In this document: positions 48,132 to 56,990 of the stretch, piece after piece
How the letters are laid out: each line of letters opens with the position of its first letter
Position numbering within the stretch: the stretch's first letter is position 1
NCBI GenBank assembly: GCA_963717145.1
Contig: OY970325.1
Coordinates: 2,752,001 to 2,816,000, forward strand
Origin: an uncultured Armatimonadetes bacterium
GTDB lineage: Bacteria; Armatimonadota; UBA5829; DTJY01
Length of the DNA: 64,000 nt
Reading direction: 5' to 3'
Made by a program: the position numbers and the translations under genes
Notes under the pieces: generated by a model
Database searches by the model: none
The model's input: the letters and a program-made list of their open reading frames with translations, nothing else
What the model was told of the DNA's origin: nothing

Positions 48132-48248
48132 CCAAAACCCGTAGGGGCGATCCTTCAACGGTCGCCCGGCATGTACGCGGGCGACCGTTGAAGGATCGCC
48201 CCTACGGGTTTTGGCATACGGGCGGGCGTAGAAGCACCGCCCCTACGG
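48132..48248. repeat. GTAG-type REP doublet plus a third REP
   Basis: Perfect 37-bp arms CCAAAACCCGTAGGGGCGATCCTTCAACGGTCGCCCG (48132-48168 and 48178-48214); a third GTAGGGGCGG copy on the minus strand at 48219-48248. Confidence 0.92.
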
Positions 48249-50237
48249 CCGAATGGCCCTTACGTTGGCTGCGAACCGGCCATCATACCGGACCTGAAGC
48301 TTGGAGCGAAGCCCCGGGTCGGAGGTGATGACGACCATCTGGGTGACATCGAGCGTGCCGAGGTGCAGATCGAGCTTTGAACCCGACCGGTCGTACTTCA
48401 CGTCGCCGATGCCCTGATCGCTGACCTCGAACACCGACTTCGCGTCGAGCCACGCGGGCAGATTCACACTCGCCTCGGCGTTCTCGACCGGCTCGATGTT
48501 GATGCCCGATCGGTCGGAGGCATAGTTGTCGTTCACCAGCAGGAGCACCATCGTGTCGGTGCCGGCGAGGAGAGTGCGGGTCCAGAGCCACTTCGACGCG
48601 GTGACGGGAATGTCCGCGGGGCAACTGCGCATCAGGATCGGGCCGGCGGTACGGACCTCCGCGCCGAGGAGTCCGATCGCGTCCCAGAGCGCCTTCGCCG
48701 CCGGTTCGTCGGCCATGACGCCGGACGAGCCGTCGCCCCCCTCGGCCACGGGGATCAGCCACCAGTAGGACAGCCCCTTTGCGCCGGATGCGAGGGCGTA
48801 GTAGACCTCGATCCGCTTCTCCTCGGGAGTGGCGAACCTGAACACCTTGTCGCCCTTCACGAGTTTCGTGCAGTTGAGCATCAGGTGCAGCGGCTTCGGC
48901 GCGCATGAGGACCGGCATATCGACCCGACGGCATAGACGAACGTGGCCTTCGAGTATTGCGGGATCGTGCCGGGCCTCGAGAAGTACGCCTGCGCGAGCC
49001 GTGTCTGCATGTACGGATCGGCGGCGAATATGTCGGGGAGTTGGCCGTAGACGTACCAGTTGTCGGGTTTGAACGTCATGTCGACGTTCAGCATATTCGG
49101 CACGGTCTGATCGGCCTGCCTCAGCGTTTCCGCGTGCTCGATCAGCCCTTGAGCGATCGCTCCCACCCTGGACTGCGCCGGGAGCTTGTCGACCCGGAAG
49201 TCGGCGGTGTCCGGCTCGTCGGCGAGGTACCAGGCGAGGGCTCCCGACCATGCCTTCTCCGGTTCACCAACGATCATCCGGATGCCTAGCGACTTCATCG
49301 CCTGCCTGCCCTCTTCACTCTTCATATAGGCCCTGACCGCGTCCGAGCCGATGATCTCCATCTGCATGTTCATGTTGTGGACGCCCATGTCGGCGACGTG
49401 CGCCCGCCCGAGTTCGAGGTCCGTCTCTTTCCCCGGTTTTGCGCCCCAGACTCCGTATGCAAGCTCGTCGGCATAGGCGCGAATCCCGGCGACTGCGGTC
49501 GTGCCGTCGTCGCAGTTCGCCTGGAAGCAGTGGTATGAGCCGCGAACGAGCGGTGACTTCGGCTTGATGACGATTGGCGTGATTGCGAGCGCCGGATCTC
49601 GGCCGATGGTGGACAGGGCGGTGACATCCGTGCCGTCCATGAGGACTCTGGTGACTGCACGGGAGCGCATGTAGAGGTGGACTTGATCGAGGTTCTCTGA
49701 GAATGAGATGCCCTCGACGCGCGGCTGAGCCTTCATCGGAACAGTCACGGTTTCCATGCCCGCGGAAGTCTTGATCGCCAACTGCAGGCTCGCGGAGGGA
49801 GTATGCCTGAAGCGGATGGTGATCTCGCCGGTCGCGGAGGGAGCGATCGACTTCGGCTCGATCTTGTACCAGATCGGCTCGCCCGCATCGATGAGCAACC
49901 TGCGCTCGGCTTCGCTCAGGTCGGAGAAGAAGATGCTCGCGGCGAAGGCAACTCCCTTGTACTTCCTCGACGTGTCGAAGGCGATTGCCGGCTTGAGGCT
50001 GATCCCGCCGAGCAGCACGTCATCGATGGTGACAGGTTGAGTGCCCGTGTTCTTGAGGAACACATGGACCGATCCGCCGAGCGCGCGCTGACCTGTATCA
50101 TCATCGCTCCAGAAGGATGAGTACTCAGGGAACGGCACATCGGCGACCCACGATGCACCGAGCACCGCCGCACCCACAGATGCCGGGATGGTGAGAAACA
50201 AGATCGCCGCTATTGTGATGCAGATGAATCGGGGCAT
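48243..50237 (-). CDS. Secreted hypothetical protein (putative novel glycoside hydrolase), paralog of 51367-53406
   Basis: Signal peptide; WYLADEPD, ADPY, PEEKRIEVYYALASGAKGLSYWW. Confidence 0.7.
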   Translation of the reverse strand: MPRFICITIAAILFLTIPASVGAAVLGASWVADVPFPEYSSFWSDDDTGQRALGGSVHVFLKNTGTQPVTIDDVLLGGISLKPAIAFDTSRKYKGVAFAASIFFSDLSEAERRLLIDAGEPIWYKIEPKSIAPSATGEITIRFRHTPSASLQLAIKTSAGMETVTVPMKAQPRVEGISFSENLDQVHLYMRSRAVTRVLMDGTDVTALSTIGRDPALAITPIVIKPKSPLVRGSYHCFQANCDDGTTAVAGIRAYADELAYGVWGAKPGKETDLELGRAHVADMGVHNMNMQMEIIGSDAVRAYMKSEEGRQAMKSLGIRMIVGEPEKAWSGALAWYLADEPDTADFRVDKLPAQSRVGAIAQGLIEHAETLRQADQTVPNMLNVDMTFKPDNWYVYGQLPDIFAADPYMQTRLAQAYFSRPGTIPQYSKATFVYAVGSICRSSCAPKPLHLMLNCTKLVKGDKVFRFATPEEKRIEVYYALASGAKGLSYWWLIPVAEGGDGSSGVMADEPAAKALWDAIGLLGAEVRTAGPILMRSCPADIPVTASKWLWTRTLLAGTDTMVLLLVNDNYASDRSGINIEPVENAEASVNLPAWLDAKSVFEVSDQGIGDVKYDRSGSKLDLHLGTLDVTQMVVITSDPGLRSKLQVRYDGRFAANVRAIRP

Positions 50238-50257
50238 ATGCCATTGCTCCTGATGTC

Positions 50258-50455
50258 AACCGCCAAGTCGCCAAGAACGCCAAGATGGCTGGTTGGTGCG
50301 GATTTGTAATCCAGCACCTCGTGGCAAACCGGCATCCGTGATGCCATCCGCGACGTCGCGGGATCACAGATCCCCAGATTGCCAATGCGGGCTGGATTAC
50401 AAATCCGCCCGAACCAGCGTTTTCAAGGAAGTCGCCAAGAACGCGAAGACCGAAG
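50258..50455. repeat. Family A element copy 2 (50288-50418) lying inside a CGCCAAG tandem repeat
   Basis: AACCGCCAAGTCGCCAAGAACGCCAAG, then the family A palindrome, then AAGTCGCCAAGAACGCGAAG. Confidence 0.82.
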
Positions 50456-50458
50456 TTG

Positions 50459-51370
50459 TCACTTCTCCCACGCGAGGGAGTAGTCCCGTTGCTCGGGAGC
50501 CGGATGGCCGCCGGGACCGTAGCCCTTCGCGGTGGAGACCCTCTCCAGCGGGACGAAGGCGCTCGTGATGCCCTCCTCAGACACGTTGTACCTGAGGAAC
50601 CCGAGACCTGGATCGCCATCCGGCCAGCGATCGGGCCATTGAGAGAACGACGTCGCAGGCGCGAGGTCGAACCGGATGCCATCGAACTCCCTGGTCCGTC
50701 GGCAGTGGACGTGCCCGCTGATGACGATGCCCGCCCCGGTCTGCCGGAACACGTCCATGATCCGGCTGCGGCATGGCTCGTCGATGCCGAAGTACCAGTC
50801 GAGATACCGCTCGGGATCGGTGAGATCGAAGTTCGGCTCGTCCGGGCGGTCTATGAAGGGCGGGTAGTGCATGATCCACACGTGGCGTTCGGCCCTGGGT
50901 ACCGATTCCATCCACTCCCACTGCTCATCTTCCTCAGGAAGCCCCGATCCCGCGAGCATGTCGCAGAACCCCGAGAAGCGCACTCCCTTGTGCATGAAGC
51001 TCCACCACGGCGGCCCGAAGACCGATGAGAACTGCCGGACCTGCGCCGACGTGATGTTCAGGCTCACGTCGTCGGCCTGTTGGAACGAGCCGGATTGCTT
51101 CGTGTGCTTGTTGCCGGTGTCCATGTTGCCGGCGATGACGTGACATGGGAACGGCAGGGCGTCGAGATCGGCCTTGATGCTCTCGAGTTCATACCGATGG
51201 ATGCTGCCGTCGCGCGTCAGGTCGCCGGGAATGAGCAGCAGATCGGGCGCTGTCTCGATGATCTGCGCGCGGGCGGTCTGCCAGTTCTCGTTCCATGCCG
51301 GCGCGAACCGGAATGATTTCGGCGACCCGACCTGGATATCTGAGGCTACTGCGAACGACCAGGACTTCAT
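50459..51370 (-). CDS. Calcineurin-like metallophosphoesterase with atypical motifs
   Basis: SDIQ, PGDLT, AGNMD, MHYP, SGHVH; ATGA overlap with the upstream gene. Confidence 0.85.
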   Translation of the reverse strand: MKSWSFAVASDIQVGSPKSFRFAPAWNENWQTARAQIIETAPDLLLIPGDLTRDGSIHRYELESIKADLDALPFPCHVIAGNMDTGNKHTKQSGSFQQADDVSLNITSAQVRQFSSVFGPPWWSFMHKGVRFSGFCDMLAGSGLPEEDEQWEWMESVPRAERHVWIMHYPPFIDRPDEPNFDLTDPERYLDWYFGIDEPCRSRIMDVFRQTGAGIVISGHVHCRRTREFDGIRFDLAPATSFSQWPDRWPDGDPGLGFLRYNVSEEGITSAFVPLERVSTAKGYGPGGHPAPEQRDYSLAWEK

Positions 51371-53406
51371 TCCTTGGCCCCTAGAATCTTCCGTACGTTC
51401 GAGGCGTATCCGGTATCGTATTCCTTCTGAAGCCGATCGCGCAGGCTCGCGTCCGAGGTGATCAGGATGAAGCGGCTGATGTCCACCTTGTCGAGACTCA
51501 CCGCTACCTTCGAGCCGTCTCGCTTCCATGAGAGGTCCTTGATCCCCTCGCAGGTGACCTCGAAGGCGTCGGATGGCTTGATCCATCCGGGAATCTCGAC
51601 CGTGACTTCCGTCTCCTCGACCGTCTTGTAGACCGTGCCGACTCGGTCAGATGCGACATCATCGTTCACCACGATCAGCGCGACCGTGTCGGTTCCTGAG
51701 AGAAGAGTCCGAGTCCACAGTTCCTTCGGCGCTTTGACTGGCAGGTTCGCCGGACAGCTCTGAGTGATCACCGATCCCGCCGTCCGGATCTCCGCTCCCA
51801 GGAGGCCGATCTCCTTCCAGAGCGCCTTCGCCTCCGGTTCGTCCGTCCCGAGGCCCACGCAGTTCACGTCAGGCGCGAACCACCAGTACGACAGCCCCTT
51901 CGCACCGTTGCCGATCGAGTAGTAGACCTCCATCCGCTTCTCCTCAGGAGTCGGATATCGGCCCTTCTGCCCGAGCGCCTCGTTCTGATACCTCGTCGAG
52001 CAGAGGATGACGTGCAACGGTTTCGGCTGGCCGGACGACTGCGAGATCGTCGTGACGCCGCTCACGTAAGTCGGCTTCGAATGGACCGCGAGCGTGCCGG
52101 GATGGTTCCAGTACGTCTGATCGAGCTGCTCAGGGTAATACGGATCGACGCACGGGATGTCCGCCAACTGGTGATACATATACCAGTTCTCCGGTTTGTA
52201 GGTATTGTCGATGTTGAGCAGGAGCGGCACATTCGAATTGTGCTTCCGAAGCTCCTCGCTCCATCGGATCAGCCACATCCCGAGCGATCCGAGCCGGTCC
52301 CATGCCTCGAGTTCGCCGGTCGCCGCATCGTGGGCGTCCGGCTCGTCCTGCACGAAGAAGAAGGTCGGGTCGTAGGGGCCGACATCCCAGGTGGTCATCC
52401 GTCCGATGCCGAGTGACATGCAAAACCGCCAGCCCCCATCGCTGCGGAAGAAATCGTTTCCCTTATGGGTCGAGTGGCCCATGTGGCAGTTGATGTTGTG
52501 CGCCGCCCAGTCGGTCAGGTATTCCTTCCCGACCTCCTCGGAAGTCCCGCTGCCTCGACCACCGCCCCACATGCCGTAGACAATCTCGTGCCCCCATGCC
52601 CGGATTCCGGCCATCGCCGCGGAACCGTCGGGGTAACCGGCTCGGAAGTTGTGATAGGACATGAACTCCAGCGGGACGAGGCGTCGCAACACGATCGGCG
52701 AGAGATCGGACGACTTGTCCGACACGATGCTGCATGAGGCCGTTACATCTTTGCCGTCGAGGAAGATCTTATCCGGCTTGAGTCCCTTGGGATGCTTGGC
52801 ATACAGATAAAGGGTCGAGAGGTCGGGGCTGAAGCTGATGGTCGCGAACCGGGGATAGGACTTGCGTGTATCAGTTACGTTCGATACCGTGCCCTTGTCG
52901 GTCGTGACATCGACGACAAGCCTCCAAAGCTTCGGGCTCCTGCGCATTCGGACGACGATCTCGCCCATGCCGTTTGCAGGGACGAATCGGGGCTCGGGCT
53001 TCCACCATCCAGGCGATCCGGCCTGATTCAGGAGGTCAATCTGTTCCTTCGGCAGCTTCGAGAGCAGGACGCTCGCACCGAACTTCTCCTCGGGGCTCAC
53101 CGTCACGTCGGTCATACCGATACCTTCCGAAAGCTTGACGCCCTGGATGGTGACGTCCTTGATCTCGACGGTCTCCAGGCCGGTGTTCTTGAAGTAGACG
53201 AACAGGTATCCGCCCAAAGGCATATCGGGGCGCGCGTACTGGAGCTTGTTGCCGTCCGGTCCCTTGAGCGACCATCCCTCCTGCCACAGCGGCATGAACT
53301 CCGGGAACGGCTTGTCCGCGAAGTACGCCGATCCCACCACCACCGGCTGAGCCGACGCTGACGTGAGGACGCAGAGCACAAGGACTACAAGAACGCCAAG
53401 TCTCAT
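51367..53406 (-). CDS. Secreted hypothetical protein (putative novel glycoside hydrolase), paralog of 48243-50237
   Basis: Signal peptide; FFVQDEPD, VDPY, PEEKRMEVYYSIGNGAKGLSYWW. Confidence 0.7.
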   Translation of the reverse strand: MRLGVLVVLVLCVLTSASAQPVVVGSAYFADKPFPEFMPLWQEGWSLKGPDGNKLQYARPDMPLGGYLFVYFKNTGLETVEIKDVTIQGVKLSEGIGMTDVTVSPEEKFGASVLLSKLPKEQIDLLNQAGSPGWWKPEPRFVPANGMGEIVVRMRRSPKLWRLVVDVTTDKGTVSNVTDTRKSYPRFATISFSPDLSTLYLYAKHPKGLKPDKIFLDGKDVTASCSIVSDKSSDLSPIVLRRLVPLEFMSYHNFRAGYPDGSAAMAGIRAWGHEIVYGMWGGGRGSGTSEEVGKEYLTDWAAHNINCHMGHSTHKGNDFFRSDGGWRFCMSLGIGRMTTWDVGPYDPTFFFVQDEPDAHDAATGELEAWDRLGSLGMWLIRWSEELRKHNSNVPLLLNIDNTYKPENWYMYHQLADIPCVDPYYPEQLDQTYWNHPGTLAVHSKPTYVSGVTTISQSSGQPKPLHVILCSTRYQNEALGQKGRYPTPEEKRMEVYYSIGNGAKGLSYWWFAPDVNCVGLGTDEPEAKALWKEIGLLGAEIRTAGSVITQSCPANLPVKAPKELWTRTLLSGTDTVALIVVNDDVASDRVGTVYKTVEETEVTVEIPGWIKPSDAFEVTCEGIKDLSWKRDGSKVAVSLDKVDISRFILITSDASLRDRLQKEYDTGYASNVRKILGAKE

Positions 53407-53445
53407 CCGCCCATACTCCCTCACCCCCACACTCCCATACTCCGC

Positions 53446-54897
53446 TTACTTGCCATACTGCTTCTCGAGCGCATCCGCATGGTGCGCCCGGCCGGATGAA
53501 CGCAGGCGCTTGCAGTACGTTTCCAACTGCCCGGTCGTATGATGCGGCCCGCCCTCGCGCATGACGGTCCACAGCGGATCGACATCAGAGGTGGATGCCG
53601 CCATCATCTCGGTCTGCCACTCATGGAGCACCCCCTCGGCATACTTCACGATGTCCGGACGCTGCTCTGCCAGGTTGTTCGTCTCATGAGGGTCCTCCTC
53701 GATGTTGAACAGCATCTCCGGCGGGAAGTCCTTCAGGCCGGTATGGTACGTGCGGATCATGATCCACGGCCCGAACCGGACAGCTCTCTGGCAACTCCAC
53801 GCGCACTGGCTCACGACGAGGTTGTCATGCCCCGAAGGCGTGCCGTCGCGCAGAGTGGCGGCATAGCTCTTCCCATCCCAGACCGGCGGGATCGGCTGAT
53901 CGAGCAACTCGGCCATCGTAGGCGGTAGATCGAGATTGTAGTGGAACGCCCGATCGACGGATCCGCTCTGCATGCCCGGCCACCTGATGATCATCGGGAT
54001 GCGACTGCAGCAGTGATCCGCCGTCTGATGGTCGCCGTAGACGTTCAGTTCGCCCAGGTTCTCGCCGTGATCGGAGCTGACCAGGATCACCGTGTCGTCG
54101 AGCACTCCCTGGTCGTCGAGGGCGTTGAGTACCTGCCCGATATGGTCGTCCATGTACTTTATGCCGGTATCGTAGCCGTTGATCCAGCGCACCCAGTCCT
54201 TGTGCGTCCTGATCTCGGTCGGCACTCGCGGCCACTTGTACTCCTGGGGTACATCCATGTGGATCGGCTCGCAGGCGCTATGGGGGCCGTAGCTCGCACG
54301 ATGCTTCTGGATGATCTCCTCGGTCATCCAACTCGGCGGCGGATTGTTCGCGAACGGCTCGCCATATTCCTCAGGCGTCCGATATGGTGTATGGGGATCC
54401 CACAGGTTGAGCTGCAGGAACCAGTTGTCCGTCTTGGCGTTTCGACTGATCCAATCGAGCGCGCGCGGCGTGACCTCCTCGGCGCTCTCGAGGCCGCCCT
54501 TGCCGGTGTTCCTCATCTCGTTGAACCCGGTATAGAACCACCAGGCGGAGTGGCGCTCGGCGAACGGGCTCAGGGAGGCCGTATGGAAGCCGGCTTTTCT
54601 GAGCATACTCATCCACGCGGTCTGGGATGCGGCCGTGCGGAACATCCGGCTCTCGCCCTGGATGAACGGATCCGCGGCGGTTCCTCCGTGCCCCACGACG
54701 CCGGTGTGGATCCCGAACCGGCAAGCATAGAGCGCCGACCTCGACGGCAGGCACGGCGCATCCGACGTGTAGTAGTTCTCGAAGCGCACGCCCTCCGAGG
54801 CGATCCGATCGATATTCGGCGACGTATCTCGATGATATCCATAGCAGCCCAAATGGTCCGGCCGCAGGGTATCAAGGTCCAGATACAGAATTCTCAC
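53446..54897 (-). CDS. Sulfatase (S1, Cys-type, cytoplasmic)
   Basis: LDLDTLRPDHLG, PCLPSRSAL, WDPHTPY, SDHGE. Confidence 0.92.
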   Translation of the reverse strand: MRILYLDLDTLRPDHLGCYGYHRDTSPNIDRIASEGVRFENYYTSDAPCLPSRSALYACRFGIHTGVVGHGGTAADPFIQGESRMFRTAASQTAWMSMLRKAGFHTASLSPFAERHSAWWFYTGFNEMRNTGKGGLESAEEVTPRALDWISRNAKTDNWFLQLNLWDPHTPYRTPEEYGEPFANNPPPSWMTEEIIQKHRASYGPHSACEPIHMDVPQEYKWPRVPTEIRTHKDWVRWINGYDTGIKYMDDHIGQVLNALDDQGVLDDTVILVSSDHGENLGELNVYGDHQTADHCCSRIPMIIRWPGMQSGSVDRAFHYNLDLPPTMAELLDQPIPPVWDGKSYAATLRDGTPSGHDNLVVSQCAWSCQRAVRFGPWIMIRTYHTGLKDFPPEMLFNIEEDPHETNNLAEQRPDIVKYAEGVLHEWQTEMMAASTSDVDPLWTVMREGGPHHTTGQLETYCKRLRSSGRAHHADALEKQYGK

Positions 54898-54922
54898 TTG
54901 CAGTCTCCATAACTCATGGCGT

Positions 54923-56347
54923 TCACGCCAGCTTCATCTTGTATAGATTGGCGAAGAGTCTGAACTCCCTCGCAAAATCGCCACAGAACAGGACGTTATG
55001 ATGGCCTTTGACCATACTCGCGTCCTTTCGATCCGTTATCGCTATTTCCACGTTGGTTGCGCATCCGCCGGCGGGCGGCATGTCGTGCGACTTCCAGACT
55101 CTGCCCGCATAGACGTCCAGGGTTGCCGGTTGCCCGGTGTAATACTTGGCCATCGTAACGGGCTCACCTTGCTTCCAGAAGGTCTGGATCGCGCAGCTTC
55201 CCTCGTTCGAGTGGAAGAACTTGCGCAGGATATGGGGCGATGCCGGGCGATCCGGCCCATGGAGCTTTGGAGCGCAGGTGCAGTGTGACGCGTAGTAGTG
55301 GTTGCGCTCGGTCTCATACGCTGGATTATGCTGGAATCCGGCGCGTCCCGTCAGCGCCTCCCCCAAGAACAGGGTGTATACCGCTCCGAGATCGTTCTCA
55401 CACGCTGCAGGCGTAAGCTCGCTGTTGAGCAGGGCGAAGCTCACGCACGGCTTGAGCATCCCCTCGCGCAGGCACGTCATCGTCACGCCGTCGGCCTCAT
55501 GCTCGACAAGCATCTTCTTCAGGACCAGGTGGGCTCTCGCCGCGTTCTCCAGTGCCTCCTGGGTCACACGCACGTCCTGCGCGCCCTTGGTGAGGCTCGC
55601 TATCAGCTTCTTGGCCTCAGCGCCGATCGGGGTCCGGCGGAACTCATCGCCATATATCGAGGAGGGGACGACCTTGACCTTGAGGCCGAGAAACTGCTCT
55701 TGGGCTTCGGTGATCTTATCCACCTTGGTGATGCTCAGGAGCCGGCTCTGACTCAGCAGCTTCTTCGTGTTGATCATCCGCATCCCGTACTCGATGGCCT
55801 CGAAGTTATCGAGCGACTGGATGAAGTACACCCCGGGCATCTGATACTGGCTAACTGGCCCATGCTTGACGCCTAGGTTGATGTAGAATACCGTCGGGAT
55901 GCCGGCCTTGTCCCCGGCTTTGATGAGAGTGTTGGCGTGCGCCAGGCTCATGTTGTAGAACATCACTATCAGTAGTCCGTCCGGCTTGTCCGCCTCGATC
56001 TCCTTTGCCACTCGCTCCGCATCGGAGGCGTTGGCGACTGGCGCGGGATCGACGGCGATCGTCATCCCCAGCTTCTTCTCGATGTCCTTGAGCGCCTCTC
56101 TGTACTGCTTCTCGTGTCCCTCAGCATCATACTGATTGCCCGGCCAGCTCCACCAGCCGTCGGGGTTCTCGGCAAACGACTTGGACGGCGGGTACAGGAA
56201 CACGGTCCGAACCTTTGCGCCTTCCTTGCGACGCACAGCCTCCGCCGAGAACGCGGACCACGGGTCTGCGAGAACAAACGGTGTCGCCGCGACAACGGCA
56301 GTTGCGCCCTGCAGGAAGGCCCTGCGGGACATGCCTGATTGTGTCAT
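54923..56347 (-). CDS. Tat-exported L-fucose/L-arabinose isomerase-like protein
   Basis: MSRRAFLQG signal; ACENDL, SHCT, GHHNVLFCGD motifs. Confidence 0.72.
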   Translation of the reverse strand: MTQSGMSRRAFLQGATAVVAATPFVLADPWSAFSAEAVRRKEGAKVRTVFLYPPSKSFAENPDGWWSWPGNQYDAEGHEKQYREALKDIEKKLGMTIAVDPAPVANASDAERVAKEIEADKPDGLLIVMFYNMSLAHANTLIKAGDKAGIPTVFYINLGVKHGPVSQYQMPGVYFIQSLDNFEAIEYGMRMINTKKLLSQSRLLSITKVDKITEAQEQFLGLKVKVVPSSIYGDEFRRTPIGAEAKKLIASLTKGAQDVRVTQEALENAARAHLVLKKMLVEHEADGVTMTCLREGMLKPCVSFALLNSELTPAACENDLGAVYTLFLGEALTGRAGFQHNPAYETERNHYYASHCTCAPKLHGPDRPASPHILRKFFHSNEGSCAIQTFWKQGEPVTMAKYYTGQPATLDVYAGRVWKSHDMPPAGGCATNVEIAITDRKDASMVKGHHNVLFCGDFAREFRLFANLYKMKLA

Positions 56348-56357
56348 GCGTTTCCTC

Positions 56358-56714
56358 CTATCCTCGTCGTACGCGGGTCTTCGACTCCGTAGCGACCACG
56401 AAGCAAGAACGCCATGCGTCAGTATCCTCTGAGGAGAAAAGGGTCTCTACCTTCTGGAGCAGAGTCCTTCTGCTGGGCTCTCGGAGACGCAGGAGTAGTA
56501 TGCCGGCGTGTCTACCCGGCATGAATCTACGGAGGTCGGAGAAGTCCATGTCCTGGGTGATCAGGAAGCGGCCCTCGTGCTGAGCAGCCTGCCACACGGT
56601 GCCGTCATCTGCGCCGCTCAGTCCCTCCGACTGCACTGTATGAACATCCTGGCCGAGGCGTTCCAGTATGTCGGCCAGACCCGCCGGCACGTTCTCGTCG
56701 ATCTTGATCTTCAT
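56358..56714 (-). CDS. DUF5615 PIN-like toxin
   Basis: MKIKIDENV, LITQDMDF, HAGILLLR. Confidence 0.88.
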   Translation of the reverse strand: MKIKIDENVPAGLADILERLGQDVHTVQSEGLSGADDGTVWQAAQHEGRFLITQDMDFSDLRRFMPGRHAGILLLRLREPSRRTLLQKVETLFSSEDTDAWRSCFVVATESKTRVRRG

Positions 56715-56950
56715 GCTACGTTGGGCAGTTCCGGAACCGGTAGGTCTTCCTGTGCTGACGAAGCGGCGAAAGCAATGGCTGCTCGCACGTCCTCCTCTGT
56801 CAGCGAGGGGAAATCCTTAAGTATGTCTTCAGCGCTATCTCCATCAGCAAGACTTGCCAGGATCGTTCTCAGGGTCACCCTTGTTCCCCTGAACACCGTT
56901 TCGCCCCCGCTTATCTTGGGGTTGCGCACAAATCGCTCTCTGTAGTTCAT
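56711..56950 (-). CDS. DUF433 antitoxin
   Basis: NPKISGGETVFRGTRV...ILKDFPSLTEEDVRAAIAFA; extended -10 TGCTATAAT at 56970-56978 and GGAGG upstream. Confidence 0.92.
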   Translation of the reverse strand: MNYRERFVRNPKISGGETVFRGTRVTLRTILASLADGDSAEDILKDFPSLTEEDVRAAIAFAASSAQEDLPVPELPNVA

Positions 56951-56990
56951 TGACCACACCTCCAGCGGTATTATAGCATAGCCGGCTGAA

